Shown: positions 9,729 through 19,212, counted from the stretch's first letter. The stretch: DNA of 20,000 nucleotides from an uncultured virus (IMG/VR IMGVR_UViG_3300030106_002968) (IMGVR_UViG_3300030106_002968); one strand, 5' to 3'. The notes: generated by a model from the sequence alone, not told the origin. Numbers and translations are program-made.

Positions 9729-10813
9729 TGAGTAATAAAAGAATACCAAGAAAACCTGGACAACCAGCAGGTTCTAAAAAACATTCAGACTTATATACAG
9801 ATGAAAACCCTAAAGGCACCATACACGGCCTCAAATTCGCATCCAAGTCTGATGCACAAGCATCAGTACGAAAAATCAAAGCAAGTGGAAGATCCCACGC
9901 CCATAAGATTCAAGCAGCGATAGCTATGGAGCAAAGAGCTCGAGTGATGGGTAAATCAGAAGCGGCTGCTGTATATCGTTCATTCATCAATATGATGAAA
10001 AGAAAAACTAAAAAGATGAATGAAGCGGCTTATGCTGGCAATCTTGGATTTGAAGAGTTAGTTAAGTTTCACTCTAAGGCCACACCACAACAAAAGAAAG
10101 AATTGAACTCACATATTAAGAATAAGAAACACAAAGAGTTTAGAGATTTGATTCATAATGTTACTGGTGTTAAACTACATAAGAGTGTGAACGAAGATAG
10201 TTCACCATACAATGAATGGACATATGCCGAACCTGTTAAGTATTCAAAGCATCTAACCAAGACATTTGGTCAACCCGATGAACTTACTGGTGAGAGAGCA
10301 GTTTGGTATGGTAAAGATGGATTCAAAAGAATTGTGGTACTAGATGAACATATATTACATGGTTCTCCTGCGCCACATTACGACTTTGTTTATAGTTATA
10401 TTGATCTAAAAGTGCCACACGAATTTGCAGAAGACATGGTGAACAGTAGTGAATCAATACTTTTAGATTTTCTTAAAAACGAAGTTGGTGCAAGATGTGG
10501 CTCACTTACAGCAAATGCAGTAACACTTAATTATGTTTTAGATATAGTTGCAGGTCGAGTGAAGCCAAGTAAGAAAGAGTATGAGAAAAGAATCTTAGAG
10601 ATGAGAAAGATGTTTGAAACTGGCAAAACCTATACAAATGATTGGTGGCCAGATGAAACAAAAGATGCAGACCCTAAGAACCCATATTACAAAGAAGGTA
10701 CAGTAGAAGAAGAATATGGTGCAGGTGAAGAAGGCACAGATAAAGCTGTAAAAAAATATATGAATGATACACCATATTCAAGAATGAAAAAATTTAAAAA
10801 CTATATAAAATAA
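9728..10813 (+). CDS. Modular hypothetical protein (basic domain, small domain, His/Cys-containing domain)
   Basis: 361 aa; GAGG SD; TAATG overlap. Segments SDLYTDENPKGTIHGL, AAYAGNLGFEELVKF and FGQPDE..HGSPAPHYDF..ARCGS are separated by MNE, VNE and VEEE junctions. Confidence 0.75.
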   Translation: MSNKRIPRKPGQPAGSKKHSDLYTDENPKGTIHGLKFASKSDAQASVRKIKASGRSHAHKIQAAIAMEQRARVMGKSEAAAVYRSFINMMKRKTKKMNEAAYAGNLGFEELVKFHSKATPQQKKELNSHIKNKKHKEFRDLIHNVTGVKLHKSVNEDSSPYNEWTYAEPVKYSKHLTKTFGQPDELTGERAVWYGKDGFKRIVVLDEHILHGSPAPHYDFVYSYIDLKVPHEFAEDMVNSSESILLDFLKNEVGARCGSLTANAVTLNYVLDIVAGRVKPSKKEYEKRILEMRKMFETGKTYTNDWWPDETKDADPKNPYYKEGTVEEEYGAGEEGTDKAVKKYMNDTPYSRMKKFKNYIK

Positions 10814-10828
10814 AAACTGGAGTTTGTT

Positions 10829-11701
10829 ATGAGAAATTTGATTATTGGTTGTGCAAGCAACTATGATTGGTCTACTTTACAGTATTGGTGTAATTCAATC
10901 AACCAATCTGGATTTGATGGTGAAAAAGTTTTAGTCTTAATGAACTGTGATAAAACAACAGTTTTAAAAGTTCAAGAAGAAGGTTTTAAGATTATTGCTT
11001 TTAAAAAAGATGATGAAGGTAATCTCACACACGAATCAAATATGCCACCTCATGTCGAGAGGTTTTTGCATATGTATGAATATCTAAGAAAAGCAGAGCC
11101 CTACGATTGGGTAGTTACAACTGATGTAAAAGATGTAATCTTTCAGAGTGACCCATGTAAGTTTGTACAAGAGCAATGTACAGAGACATTTGAAAATGGT
11201 GAAGTGATGAATATAAAACATGACTTAGTATTCGCATCTGAAAGTATGTTGTATAAAGATGAACCATGGGGCAATCAAAACTTGCTTGATACTTACGGCC
11301 CATACATTCATGAAATTTTTAAAGAGAATGAAATCTATAATGTAGGTGTTTTAGGTGGCACAGGTGAAGCTATGAAATCTCTACTAATTAATATATTTTC
11401 ATCTTGTATGGGTAAACCAATACCAATTTGCGACCAATCAACTTTCAATTTCATGATCTCTCAACCACCATATACAAAGACATCTAGGTATTTAAAATCT
11501 GAAGATGGTTGGGCTTGTCAATTAGGTACAACGGTTGACCCGGCAAAGATAGAACAATTTAAACCTCTCTTACTAGAGGAATCGCCAATCATGGAGGGTG
11601 GCTTAATTAAAACTTCTAAAGGAAAACCCTTTACAATTGTTCATCAATATGATAGGGTACCAGCATGGCGACACATAATACAAATGAAATACACAAAATG
11701 A
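10829..11701 (+). CDS. Glycosyltransferase-like protein (GT-A type)
   Basis: VVTTDVKDVIFQSDP (DxxD), YNVGVLGG, CDQSTFN, IVHQYDR; GGAG SD upstream. Confidence 0.65.
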   Translation: MRNLIIGCASNYDWSTLQYWCNSINQSGFDGEKVLVLMNCDKTTVLKVQEEGFKIIAFKKDDEGNLTHESNMPPHVERFLHMYEYLRKAEPYDWVVTTDVKDVIFQSDPCKFVQEQCTETFENGEVMNIKHDLVFASESMLYKDEPWGNQNLLDTYGPYIHEIFKENEIYNVGVLGGTGEAMKSLLINIFSSCMGKPIPICDQSTFNFMISQPPYTKTSRYLKSEDGWACQLGTTVDPAKIEQFKPLLLEESPIMEGGLIKTSKGKPFTIVHQYDRVPAWRHIIQMKYTK

Positions 11702-12405
11702 AAATAGCACTTTGTATATCAGGGCAACCTAGAAGTTTTGAAAAAGGTTATGAATATCATTACAAAAACATTATAGAAAATAATGACGTTGATGTTTTTA
11801 TTCACACTTGGAAATCACCTAACTTAAATGAGTTGATTGACCTTTATAAGCCAAAAGGTAGTATGATTGAAGAGTCAATTAATCCAGACTTATCAAAGTA
11901 TACGAGAGTGCCACCACCTCAACCAAACTGGAAGGTGAAGAAACCTGCATTATCAACATATGCTCAGTTGTATGCAATTAAGAAATGCAATCAACTCAAG
12001 GTAAAAGAGGAGGTGAAGAATAAATTTGTGTATGATTGGGTCATACGATCAAGATTTGATTTTGCAATCAATGTTCGTATACCTTTTGAAGAGCTGAATA
12101 ATAACAAACTACACATACCAAATTGTAGAATGACACCTGCAAGGGATTTTGGTAATGACCAGTTTGCTTTTTCTGGTTCAAGAGTGATGAACGCCTACGC
12201 TAAAACATTTGATTATATTGATTATCATTATGATAAAGGCACACAAATGATGTGTGAAGATTTAATGAGTGCCAATTGGAAATATCATGACATGGTTGGT
12301 GAAAATTTAGTTTATTGTAATATTGACCACCCGTTTCCTCCTGGTCCACATAATGGTACTTGGCATTCTTTGATTAGAGAGGACTTTGAACAATGGGCAG
12401 TTTGA
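11698..12405 (+). CDS. Putative glycosyltransferase-like protein (KIALCISGQPR family)
   Basis: Likely start is ATG 11698 (ATGA overlap). Motifs MKIALCISGQPRS, DVFIHTW, YDWVIRSRFD, NDQFAF are typical of proteins in polysaccharide loci. Confidence 0.6.
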   Translation: MKIALCISGQPRSFEKGYEYHYKNIIENNDVDVFIHTWKSPNLNELIDLYKPKGSMIEESINPDLSKYTRVPPPQPNWKVKKPALSTYAQLYAIKKCNQLKVKEEVKNKFVYDWVIRSRFDFAINVRIPFEELNNNKLHIPNCRMTPARDFGNDQFAFSGSRVMNAYAKTFDYIDYHYDKGTQMMCEDLMSANWKYHDMVGENLVYCNIDHPFPPGPHNGTWHSLIREDFEQWAV

Positions 12406-13133
12406 TTATATGTATGGCTGGTTTAAACACCAGATTTCATGATGTTGGTTTTGATGTACCAAAATATTTATTACCATGGCGTGATACTTGTATTGTGGCC
12501 GCAATCGTTGCTGAGTTTCAAAAAGATTACAAGTTTGATGATGTACTACTACTTGCAAATAAAAGAGACCAATACTTTAAAAACGACTTAGTAAAAGAAA
12601 TAGAAAAGATAGGCCTATCAGAAAATAATATACATTACATTGGTGACACGAATGGTCAGGCACACACAGCATATATTGGTGCAACATTGGTCAAAGATGA
12701 ACATAAACCAATATACGTTCATAATGCAGATACATTTCTTACAAATAGAAACTTCAAGGAAATAGAAGAGAAGTTGATTGGTATAACTGGCGCAAGGGCT
12801 TATGTTGATATATTCGTTGCAAACAATCCTAATTATTCATATGTTAAAAAAGATGCAGAATATATTTTAGATATAGTTGAGAAAGATGTAATCTCACCGT
12901 TTGCAAGTTCTGGTTTGTACTGTTTTCATTCTGCATATGAATATAAAGGCACCTTTGAGAATATAAATAATTCTGGAGAAATATACATAGCAAATATTAT
13001 ATCTGCTATATTAAATAACAATAGTCCAGTTATGACGAATGAGTTAGTAAAAAATCAAGAGACAATTGTTCTTGGTTCACCTGAAGAATATAGTATGGAA
13101 TATACAAAATGGGCATTGAAAAAACGAAACTAA
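12393..13133 (+). CDS. Sugar/polyol-phosphate nucleotidyltransferase (NTP_transferase-like)
   Basis: IICMAGLNTRF..G..VPKYLL, TNGQAHT, HNAD, IVEK..IS..ASSGLYCF, GEIYIA, LGSPEEY. Confidence 0.8.
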   Translation: MGSLIICMAGLNTRFHDVGFDVPKYLLPWRDTCIVAAIVAEFQKDYKFDDVLLLANKRDQYFKNDLVKEIEKIGLSENNIHYIGDTNGQAHTAYIGATLVKDEHKPIYVHNADTFLTNRNFKEIEEKLIGITGARAYVDIFVANNPNYSYVKKDAEYILDIVEKDVISPFASSGLYCFHSAYEYKGTFENINNSGEIYIANIISAILNNNSPVMTNELVKNQETIVLGSPEEYSMEYTKWALKKRN

Positions 13134-14083
13134 AGGGTGGTTCATTGAGCTCAACCTATCTTATTAAAGAAGGTGATAAGAAGTTCATTAGAAAATGTGT
13201 ATCACTCACAAAAGACCGAGAGTATGGTTATGTGAGATGGTATTCTCAGCTTAAAAAATTACAAAGACTTGAATCAGATTTACCTGGTTTATTCCCTAAA
13301 GTTTTAAATGTGTCATATGATGATGATGAGGCGTATTTTGATTTAGAGTATCTTTCAAATCACAAAAATTTATTTGAAATACTAACTGATAAAAAATTAT
13401 CACTTAATGAAGTTGAGAAGATACATCATGCTTTTGTAACTGGTCTCAGAGCCATACATAAATTTTCATATAGGCCGAACTCAGGTGCACCGCTACTATA
13501 TTTTATAGAAGAAGTTGAGCAGAAAATAGAAGATGCCAGAAAAGATGATAAGTTCAATTCATTCTACGAAAGAGGTACTTATGAATTTAAAGGTGTAATT
13601 ACACATGGCCTTAATAACTACTTAGATGAACTAAAAAATTATTTTTCTGAATTAAAGTTAGAGAGTGAAGAACACATACATGGTAATCCAACTTTGGAAA
13701 ATACAATGTATTCTTTTAAAGATAAGTCAATTGTATTCATAGACCCATACGAAGAGAGTATAATTGATACAAAGTTTTTAGATTATGCAATGGTTCTTCA
13801 AAGTAGTCGTAGTCATTACGAACTCTATAACTCAGCTACTGTTTCATATAGAGAGCATACCGTTATGCCGTATATAAACATAAAACGGGTACCAGAACCT
13901 TTAGAATACTTTAATCAACTCTTTGAGTCTACCATAAAGAAAGAAGATAAAATGTTGATTGATGTTTTAGAGGCGACACAATTTATTCGTATGTTACCAT
14001 TTAAGTGTGCAGCTGGTCATGTGTCTCATGCTAAATACTTTTATATTCATGCTTGTCATTTATTAAGGAATTTATTTGAATAA
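13109..14083 (+). CDS. APH/choline-kinase-like phosphotransferase
   Basis: Gly-rich LKGGSLSSTY, FIRK, FDLEYL, Brenner-like HIHGNPTLEN, VFIDP, DYAMVLQS. Confidence 0.7.
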   Translation: MGIEKTKLKGGSLSSTYLIKEGDKKFIRKCVSLTKDREYGYVRWYSQLKKLQRLESDLPGLFPKVLNVSYDDDEAYFDLEYLSNHKNLFEILTDKKLSLNEVEKIHHAFVTGLRAIHKFSYRPNSGAPLLYFIEEVEQKIEDARKDDKFNSFYERGTYEFKGVITHGLNNYLDELKNYFSELKLESEEHIHGNPTLENTMYSFKDKSIVFIDPYEESIIDTKFLDYAMVLQSSRSHYELYNSATVSYREHTVMPYINIKRVPEPLEYFNQLFESTIKKEDKMLIDVLEATQFIRMLPFKCAAGHVSHAKYFYIHACHLLRNLFE

Positions 14084-15212
14084 TCTTTTGGGTAATTTTT
14101 ATCAATCAAAGCGAGCTTGGCAAATAGAATCATCTTTACCAGTTTCATTTACTGTGCATTATTCTAATAATATTTTTGATCCAAAAAATTATGATATGAT
14201 TAGTTATACAGAAGAAACTAGAAGCCTAGTCGTATGTGATGAAAATGTTTATAATTTATATTCTGGTGCTATTCATAATTACTTTGAAAGGATGAAACGA
14301 GATTTTAAAATCTTGAAAATCAAATGTTCTGAACCAGATAAAACGTGGGAGACAACTGATAAAATTTTATCATTCTTTGAAAAGAGTAAAGTAGCAAGAA
14401 GAGAACCAATCATTGCAATAGGTGGTGGTGTTTGTTTAGATATTGTTGGTTTTGCTTGTAGTATTTACAGACGAGGCATACCTTACATAAAAATACCGAC
14501 AACTCTTTTAGCTATTGTTGATGCTTCAGTTGGTGTAAAAGTTGCAACAAATTATTTTGATAGACGTAATAGACTTGGTGCATACTACCCACCAATTGCA
14601 ACTCTTATAGATAAAAAGTTTGTAAAGACACAAGAGTTAAGAGAGATCGTGAATGGCCTTGCAGAGATATTTAAACTTGCAGTAATCAAATCAAGTGAGT
14701 TATTTGATTTATTAGAAGAGAATAGTCATCAACTCTTAGAAGAGAAGTTTCAGTATGGTGCTGTGCCTGTTCGTGTAATTAATTTAGCCATATCAGAGAT
14801 GATAGAAGAGTTAGCACCTAATTTATGGGAAAAAGAATTAGATAGGTGTGTTGATTTTGGTCATACATTTAGTCCAATTATAGAAATGAAAAACAAAGAA
14901 TCATTATTACATGGTGAAGCAGTAACACTTGATTGCCTTTTTAGTTCTTGTATTGCATATTATAGAAATAAATTAGAACATGATGACTTGATGAGAATAT
15001 TTAACTTAGCAAGAAATTTAAGACTGCCTACAAAACACAAAGATTTTATGGATATTGACTTGATTAATAAAGCTTTATCTGATACCATGAAACATAGAAA
15101 CAATAAACAAAGAATACCAATACCGATAGATGTTGGTAATTATAATTTTATAAATGATCTAAGCTCTGATGAAATTAAAGATGTGATAAAAGTTTATAGG
15201 GAATTTTCATGA
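14076..15212 (+). CDS. Sedoheptulose 7-phosphate cyclase, 2-epi-5-epi-valiolone synthase (EEVS)-like
   Basis: DHQS-superfamily motifs AIGGGVCLDIVGFA, YRRGIPYIKIPTTLLAIVDASVGVK, NRLGAYYPP, GLAEIFK, LLHGEAV, plus the EEVS-type signature MIEELAPNLWE..LDRCVDFGHTFSP. TTG start with AAGGA SD. Confidence 0.85.
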   Translation: MNNLLGNFYQSKRAWQIESSLPVSFTVHYSNNIFDPKNYDMISYTEETRSLVVCDENVYNLYSGAIHNYFERMKRDFKILKIKCSEPDKTWETTDKILSFFEKSKVARREPIIAIGGGVCLDIVGFACSIYRRGIPYIKIPTTLLAIVDASVGVKVATNYFDRRNRLGAYYPPIATLIDKKFVKTQELREIVNGLAEIFKLAVIKSSELFDLLEENSHQLLEEKFQYGAVPVRVINLAISEMIEELAPNLWEKELDRCVDFGHTFSPIIEMKNKESLLHGEAVTLDCLFSSCIAYYRNKLEHDDLMRIFNLARNLRLPTKHKDFMDIDLINKALSDTMKHRNNKQRIPIPIDVGNYNFINDLSSDEIKDVIKVYREFS

Positions 15213-15907
15213 CCATGAAACCAAATATTTTTAAAAAAAGAGTCTTAATAACAGGCTCTACAAAGGGCATTGGTAGAGCTATAACAGATAGGTTTTTACT
15301 TGAAGACTATGAAGTACAGGGGTTAGCTAGAGGTGGCGCTAACATTATAAAGCATGAGAGTTATTTTCATTGGAATGCTGATGTTGCTGACCCATTTAGG
15401 CTTGAGGTGATAGCTAATAGATTAACTGATAAAAAAATTGATGTGTTAGTTAATAATGCAGCTTTATTTCAATACAAGTCCTTTTCTGATATGAATATGA
15501 ACGATATGTCGTACATGATTGATGTTAATTTAAAAGCCCCAATGTTCATAACTAGAACATTCTTACCTTTAATGAACTCAGGTTCTAAAATATTTTTTAT
15601 AAACTCAGTTGCAGGCCTAGAACAATTAGAAAATCAATCTGTTTATTGTGCTACAAAACACGGGCTCACAGGATTTGCTGGTGTTCTAGGTAAAGAGTTA
15701 AAAGAAAAGAATATCAAAGTAACAAGTATACATCCAGGTGGTGTAAATACACCAATGTGGAAAGATAATGTAGACTTTCATGATAAATTAGATAAACTAT
15801 TAAGACCAGAGGATGTAGCAGATATGGTTTATTTTATTACAGAACAACATTACAACGTAGAAACTAAAACAGTTAAAATGTATCCAGATATAGAATGGCA
15901 TCAATAA
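15209..15907 (+). CDS. Short-chain dehydrogenase/reductase (SDR)
   Basis: ITGSTKGIG, LVNNAA, INSVAG, catalytic YCATK, IHPGGVNT. Confidence 0.93.
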   Translation: MTMKPNIFKKRVLITGSTKGIGRAITDRFLLEDYEVQGLARGGANIIKHESYFHWNADVADPFRLEVIANRLTDKKIDVLVNNAALFQYKSFSDMNMNDMSYMIDVNLKAPMFITRTFLPLMNSGSKIFFINSVAGLEQLENQSVYCATKHGLTGFAGVLGKELKEKNIKVTSIHPGGVNTPMWKDNVDFHDKLDKLLRPEDVADMVYFITEQHYNVETKTVKMYPDIEWHQ

Positions 15908-16608
15908 TACCTGATAAAAATTTATTCATAGTTACTTCAGCGTTAGAGCCCAGAGTTGGTGTAATTACAAAAGAAGATAGATTCAAACAAACCATAGATA
16001 CACTTGAAAATTTAAAACAAAAAGCACCAAAGGCTATAATACTTTTTACAGATGGTTCACCAGTTTCATGTGATCCAGAACACATGAAGGAAATATCAAA
16101 GTATGTTCACGGCACAATGTATTGGTGTGAAGATGCACAGATAAAAGATTTTGGTATGTTTGGTAAAAAAAGTGAGGCTGAAATATTATTACTAATCAAA
16201 ACCCTTACACTATTAAAACAAAATTCAGACCTACAAAAAATTATGAGCTCTGTAAAAAGAATATTTAAATATTCAGCTAGGTCTTTATTACAAGATGAAT
16301 TTAATATTGGCATATATGATAATTCAAACCTTTACGGTAGATATGTTTTTAAAGAAAGAATACCAACTTGGATAAATGATAAGTCAATTACATCACACTT
16401 ATTAATCACGAGGTTATTTTCATTATGCCCATCTCTACTTGATGATTATATACAAACACTTATTAAGATTTTAAATTCATGTATGAGATATGGCATAGAT
16501 ACAGAGAACGCACATTTTAGAGAGATAGATAAGAAGCACCTAGTTGAATTAAGAAAATTATATTGTGAAGGTATTATGGCCGGAACAGGAAAGAAAGAGG
16601 TTTATTAA
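15895..16608 (+). CDS. Hypothetical protein, possibly glycosyltransferase-like
   Basis: LFIVTSAL..RFKQT..TL, LFTDGS, KSEAE, RIFKYSAR resemble FKxSGRY-type proteins of glycan loci. Confidence 0.5.
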   Translation: MASIIPDKNLFIVTSALEPRVGVITKEDRFKQTIDTLENLKQKAPKAIILFTDGSPVSCDPEHMKEISKYVHGTMYWCEDAQIKDFGMFGKKSEAEILLLIKTLTLLKQNSDLQKIMSSVKRIFKYSARSLLQDEFNIGIYDNSNLYGRYVFKERIPTWINDKSITSHLLITRLFSLCPSLLDDYIQTLIKILNSCMRYGIDTENAHFREIDKKHLVELRKLYCEGIMAGTGKKEVY

Positions 16609-16609
16609 T

Positions 16610-17333
16610 ATGAATTTGTGGAAATATTTTTTAGAAAATGATGGTAATAAAATTACAAGGTGGACACATTACTTTCCGATATATGAAAAACATTTTGAAA
16701 GATTTAGAAATAAGCCAGTAAAGATATTAGAAATTGGTGTCTTAAATGGTGGTTCTCTACCAATGTGGCAGAAATATTTTGGCCCACTTTCAAAGATAGT
16801 TGCGATTGACATAACACCATCTTGTAAAAACTATGAAATACCTGGCACCGATGTTCGCATTGGCGACCAATCAGATGAAAAATTTTTACAAGAATTAGTA
16901 GATGAATATGGTGAGTTTGATGTTATCATAGATGATGGTAGTCATCAGGTCGCCCATGTAAATAAAACATTTCAGTATTTGTACCCAAAGATGTCTAAAG
17001 ATGNNNNNNNNNNGTGTCTATCTAGTTGAAGATACACACGCAGCCTATTGGAAAGATAGTCATGGCGGTGGTTTAGATGAACCAGAATCAATCATAAATG
17101 TATCTAAAAACTTGATAGATAAACTCAATGCAGACCACACAAAAGGTCAAGTAGAACCAGATGATTTCACCAGATCCACACAATCAATTACATTTTATGA
17201 TAGTGTAATTGTATTTGAAAGAGGTGAGATACATTGGAAACAACCATTAGAGTTTGGTAAAAATGCACCTATGGATTATGCACCTAACCCAGAGTTACAG
17301 CAGGCTTCGGAGGATTTTGTTATAAGGACTTAA
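16610..17333 (+). CDS. Class I SAM-dependent (sugar O-)methyltransferase; interrupted by gap 17004-17013
   Basis: HYFPIYEKHF, ILEIGVLNGGSL, IDI, IGDQSD, FDVIIDDGSH, (G)VYLVED. Deleting the Ns fuses both pieces in frame. Confidence 0.88.
17004..17013. other. Scaffold gap (10 N)
   Basis: N run. Confidence 1.
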
Positions 17334-17337
17334 TTTG

Positions 17338-17345
17338 TATAAATA
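17338..17345 (+). promoter_or_regulatory. T4-type late promoter (gp55-dependent)
   Basis: Perfect TATAAATA in the intergenic gap, 33 nt before the ATG at 17379, with GAGG SD. Confidence 0.8.
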
Positions 17346-17378
17346 CTAGGAAATTTAACTTAACAGCTGCAGAGGCTT

Positions 17379-19212
17379 ATGAAATTCCTAGATTACATAC
17401 AGGAAAATAAAGACAACCATGCCGTGATGTCATTCGGTAGAATGAATCCGATTACAAAAGGTCATGAGAAACTTGTCAATAAGGTACAACAAGTCGCAAG
17501 ACAAGTTGGTGGTTCACACCATATAATATTATCACATAGTCAGGATAAGAATAAAAATCCACTTTCATCAGCTGATAAGTTAAAACACGCCAAGAAGGCA
17601 TTTCCACGTGCCAATCTATCTACCTCAGATAAAGAAAGCCCAAATTACCTATCACAGGCAGCTAAGTTGCACAAGAAAGGTGTATCACACCTGCACGTTG
17701 TCGCAGGTTCAGACCGTGTTTCAGAGTTTAAAAATACTCTCAGTAGATACAACGGCACACATTCAAAAGCATTATATAACTTCAAAAAGATAACTGTACA
17801 TTCATCTGGTGATAGAGACCCAGATAGTCATGGCACATCTGGTATGTCAGGCACAAAGATGAGAGGTCACGCAGCTTCTGGTAATTATAAGGCATTTAAG
17901 TCTGGTGCACCATCTGGTATGAGTGATAGCCATGTAAAGAGTATGTACAATGATACTCGCAGAGGTATGAAGATCGCAGAAGATGTTGCAGTATTTCTGA
18001 TTGGTGGTCCTGGATCTGGTAAAGATTTTATATTTAAGAGTGTGATGGAGGATTTTGGTCTTACAGAGATGAATACAGACAAGGCTTTTGAATATCTTAT
18101 CTCAGAGAGTTATGAAACACATAAGAGGGCAAACATTGTCATTAATGGTAATGCACATGAGATAAAAATATTAGAACAAATAAAAGAAAGATTAGAAGAA
18201 CAAGGTTATAAAACAGCGATGGTTCTAGTTTCTACAACTGATGAAGTATCAAAGCAGAGAAATGAAAGTAGAAAAAGAATGATGAATGAAGATTTAAGAT
18301 TTAAGAAATNNNNNNNNNNTGGTCAAGCCATATTTTGAAGATGTATTTAAAGACAATTACATTGAGTTTGATAATTCAGATAAAATATCTGATGATAACA
18401 TTATCGACCTCAAAGAATGGTTGGAGAGTAGAATGTCAAATGATATGCAAGATATTGATGATCTATTTGAGGAGTATTTTGATGAAGATTTAAGAAAATG
18501 GTTTTCAAAAGATCACCCACAAGGTGATTGGAAAAGAGTAGATTCAAAGGGTAATGTAGTAGGCCCTTGTGCAAGGAAACCAGGTGAGCCAAAGCCTAAA
18601 TGTATGTCTAAAGCAACAAGGGCTAAACTTTCTAAGAAAGAAAGGGCAGCTGCTGTTCGTGCAAAAAGAAGAGCAGACCCAGTTGCTGATAGAGCTGGTA
18701 AAGGTGGAAAGCCTGTGATGGTTTCAAGTTTCGGTAAAGGTAAAATTAAAAAGGAGGCAGTAGATGATAGGCAATATGATTCGCAAATTAGTGAAAGAAG
18801 AGTTAGTGAAGATGTTACTGGAAATATTTCCAGAAAAAAGAAAGGCAATATCAACAAAGATTTTAATGCTTGGTACACAGGATCCCAAGTTAGCCAATAC
18901 TATAAGCCAAACGAGCTCTCGGAGGAGACGATCAGCGAATACGGGCGGTCAACCGATTGGCGACCAGAGGAAGAAAAGACAGTATCGCAGAAGGTCACGA
19001 AAGAATCAATCGACAGGGGTATAGAAACGGGTATGGCGTTGAACTCATACTCTAAAGAATACAACAATCGGCGCAAGGGTGGCAAGGTGGTGCCGTTCAA
19101 AGAACTTACAGGCGACACCACTACAGCCTCTATTGGCGCTCAGAAAGAAGATGAATTAAAGAAAAAAGGCATTAGTTTAAGGACATTTAGAGCAAAGAGG
19201 CCAATTGGATGA
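17379..19212 (+). CDS. Multidomain protein: cytidyltransferase-like (HxGH) domain, P-loop kinase and basic Cys-containing module; interrupted by gap 18310-18319
   Basis: SFGRMNPITKGHEKL, VAGSDR, MSGTKMR; FLIGGPGSGKD. After the gap the frame of ORF 18421-19212 is already open from 18322 (VKPYFEDVFKDNYIEFDNS..), which completes the kinase domain. Then EDLRKWF..GPCAR..PKC. Confidence 0.72.
18310..18319. other. Scaffold gap (10 N)
   Basis: N run. Confidence 1.

Noticed and set aside
12962..12969. Perfect TATAAATA inside the nucleotidyltransferase gene
   Set aside because: Intragenic and in AT-rich sequence encoding NINN, so chance occurrence is plausible. It cannot be supported without TSS data.
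14076..15212. Annotation as aroB (3-dehydroquinate synthase)
   Set aside because: The active-site region matches the SH7P-cyclase pattern (EEL.PNLWE, DFGH), and no other shikimate genes are nearby.
7751..18319. Apparent frameshifts or pseudogenes in four genes
   Set aside because: Each break coincides exactly with a 10-N scaffold gap of arbitrary length, and the coding frames continue on both sides.
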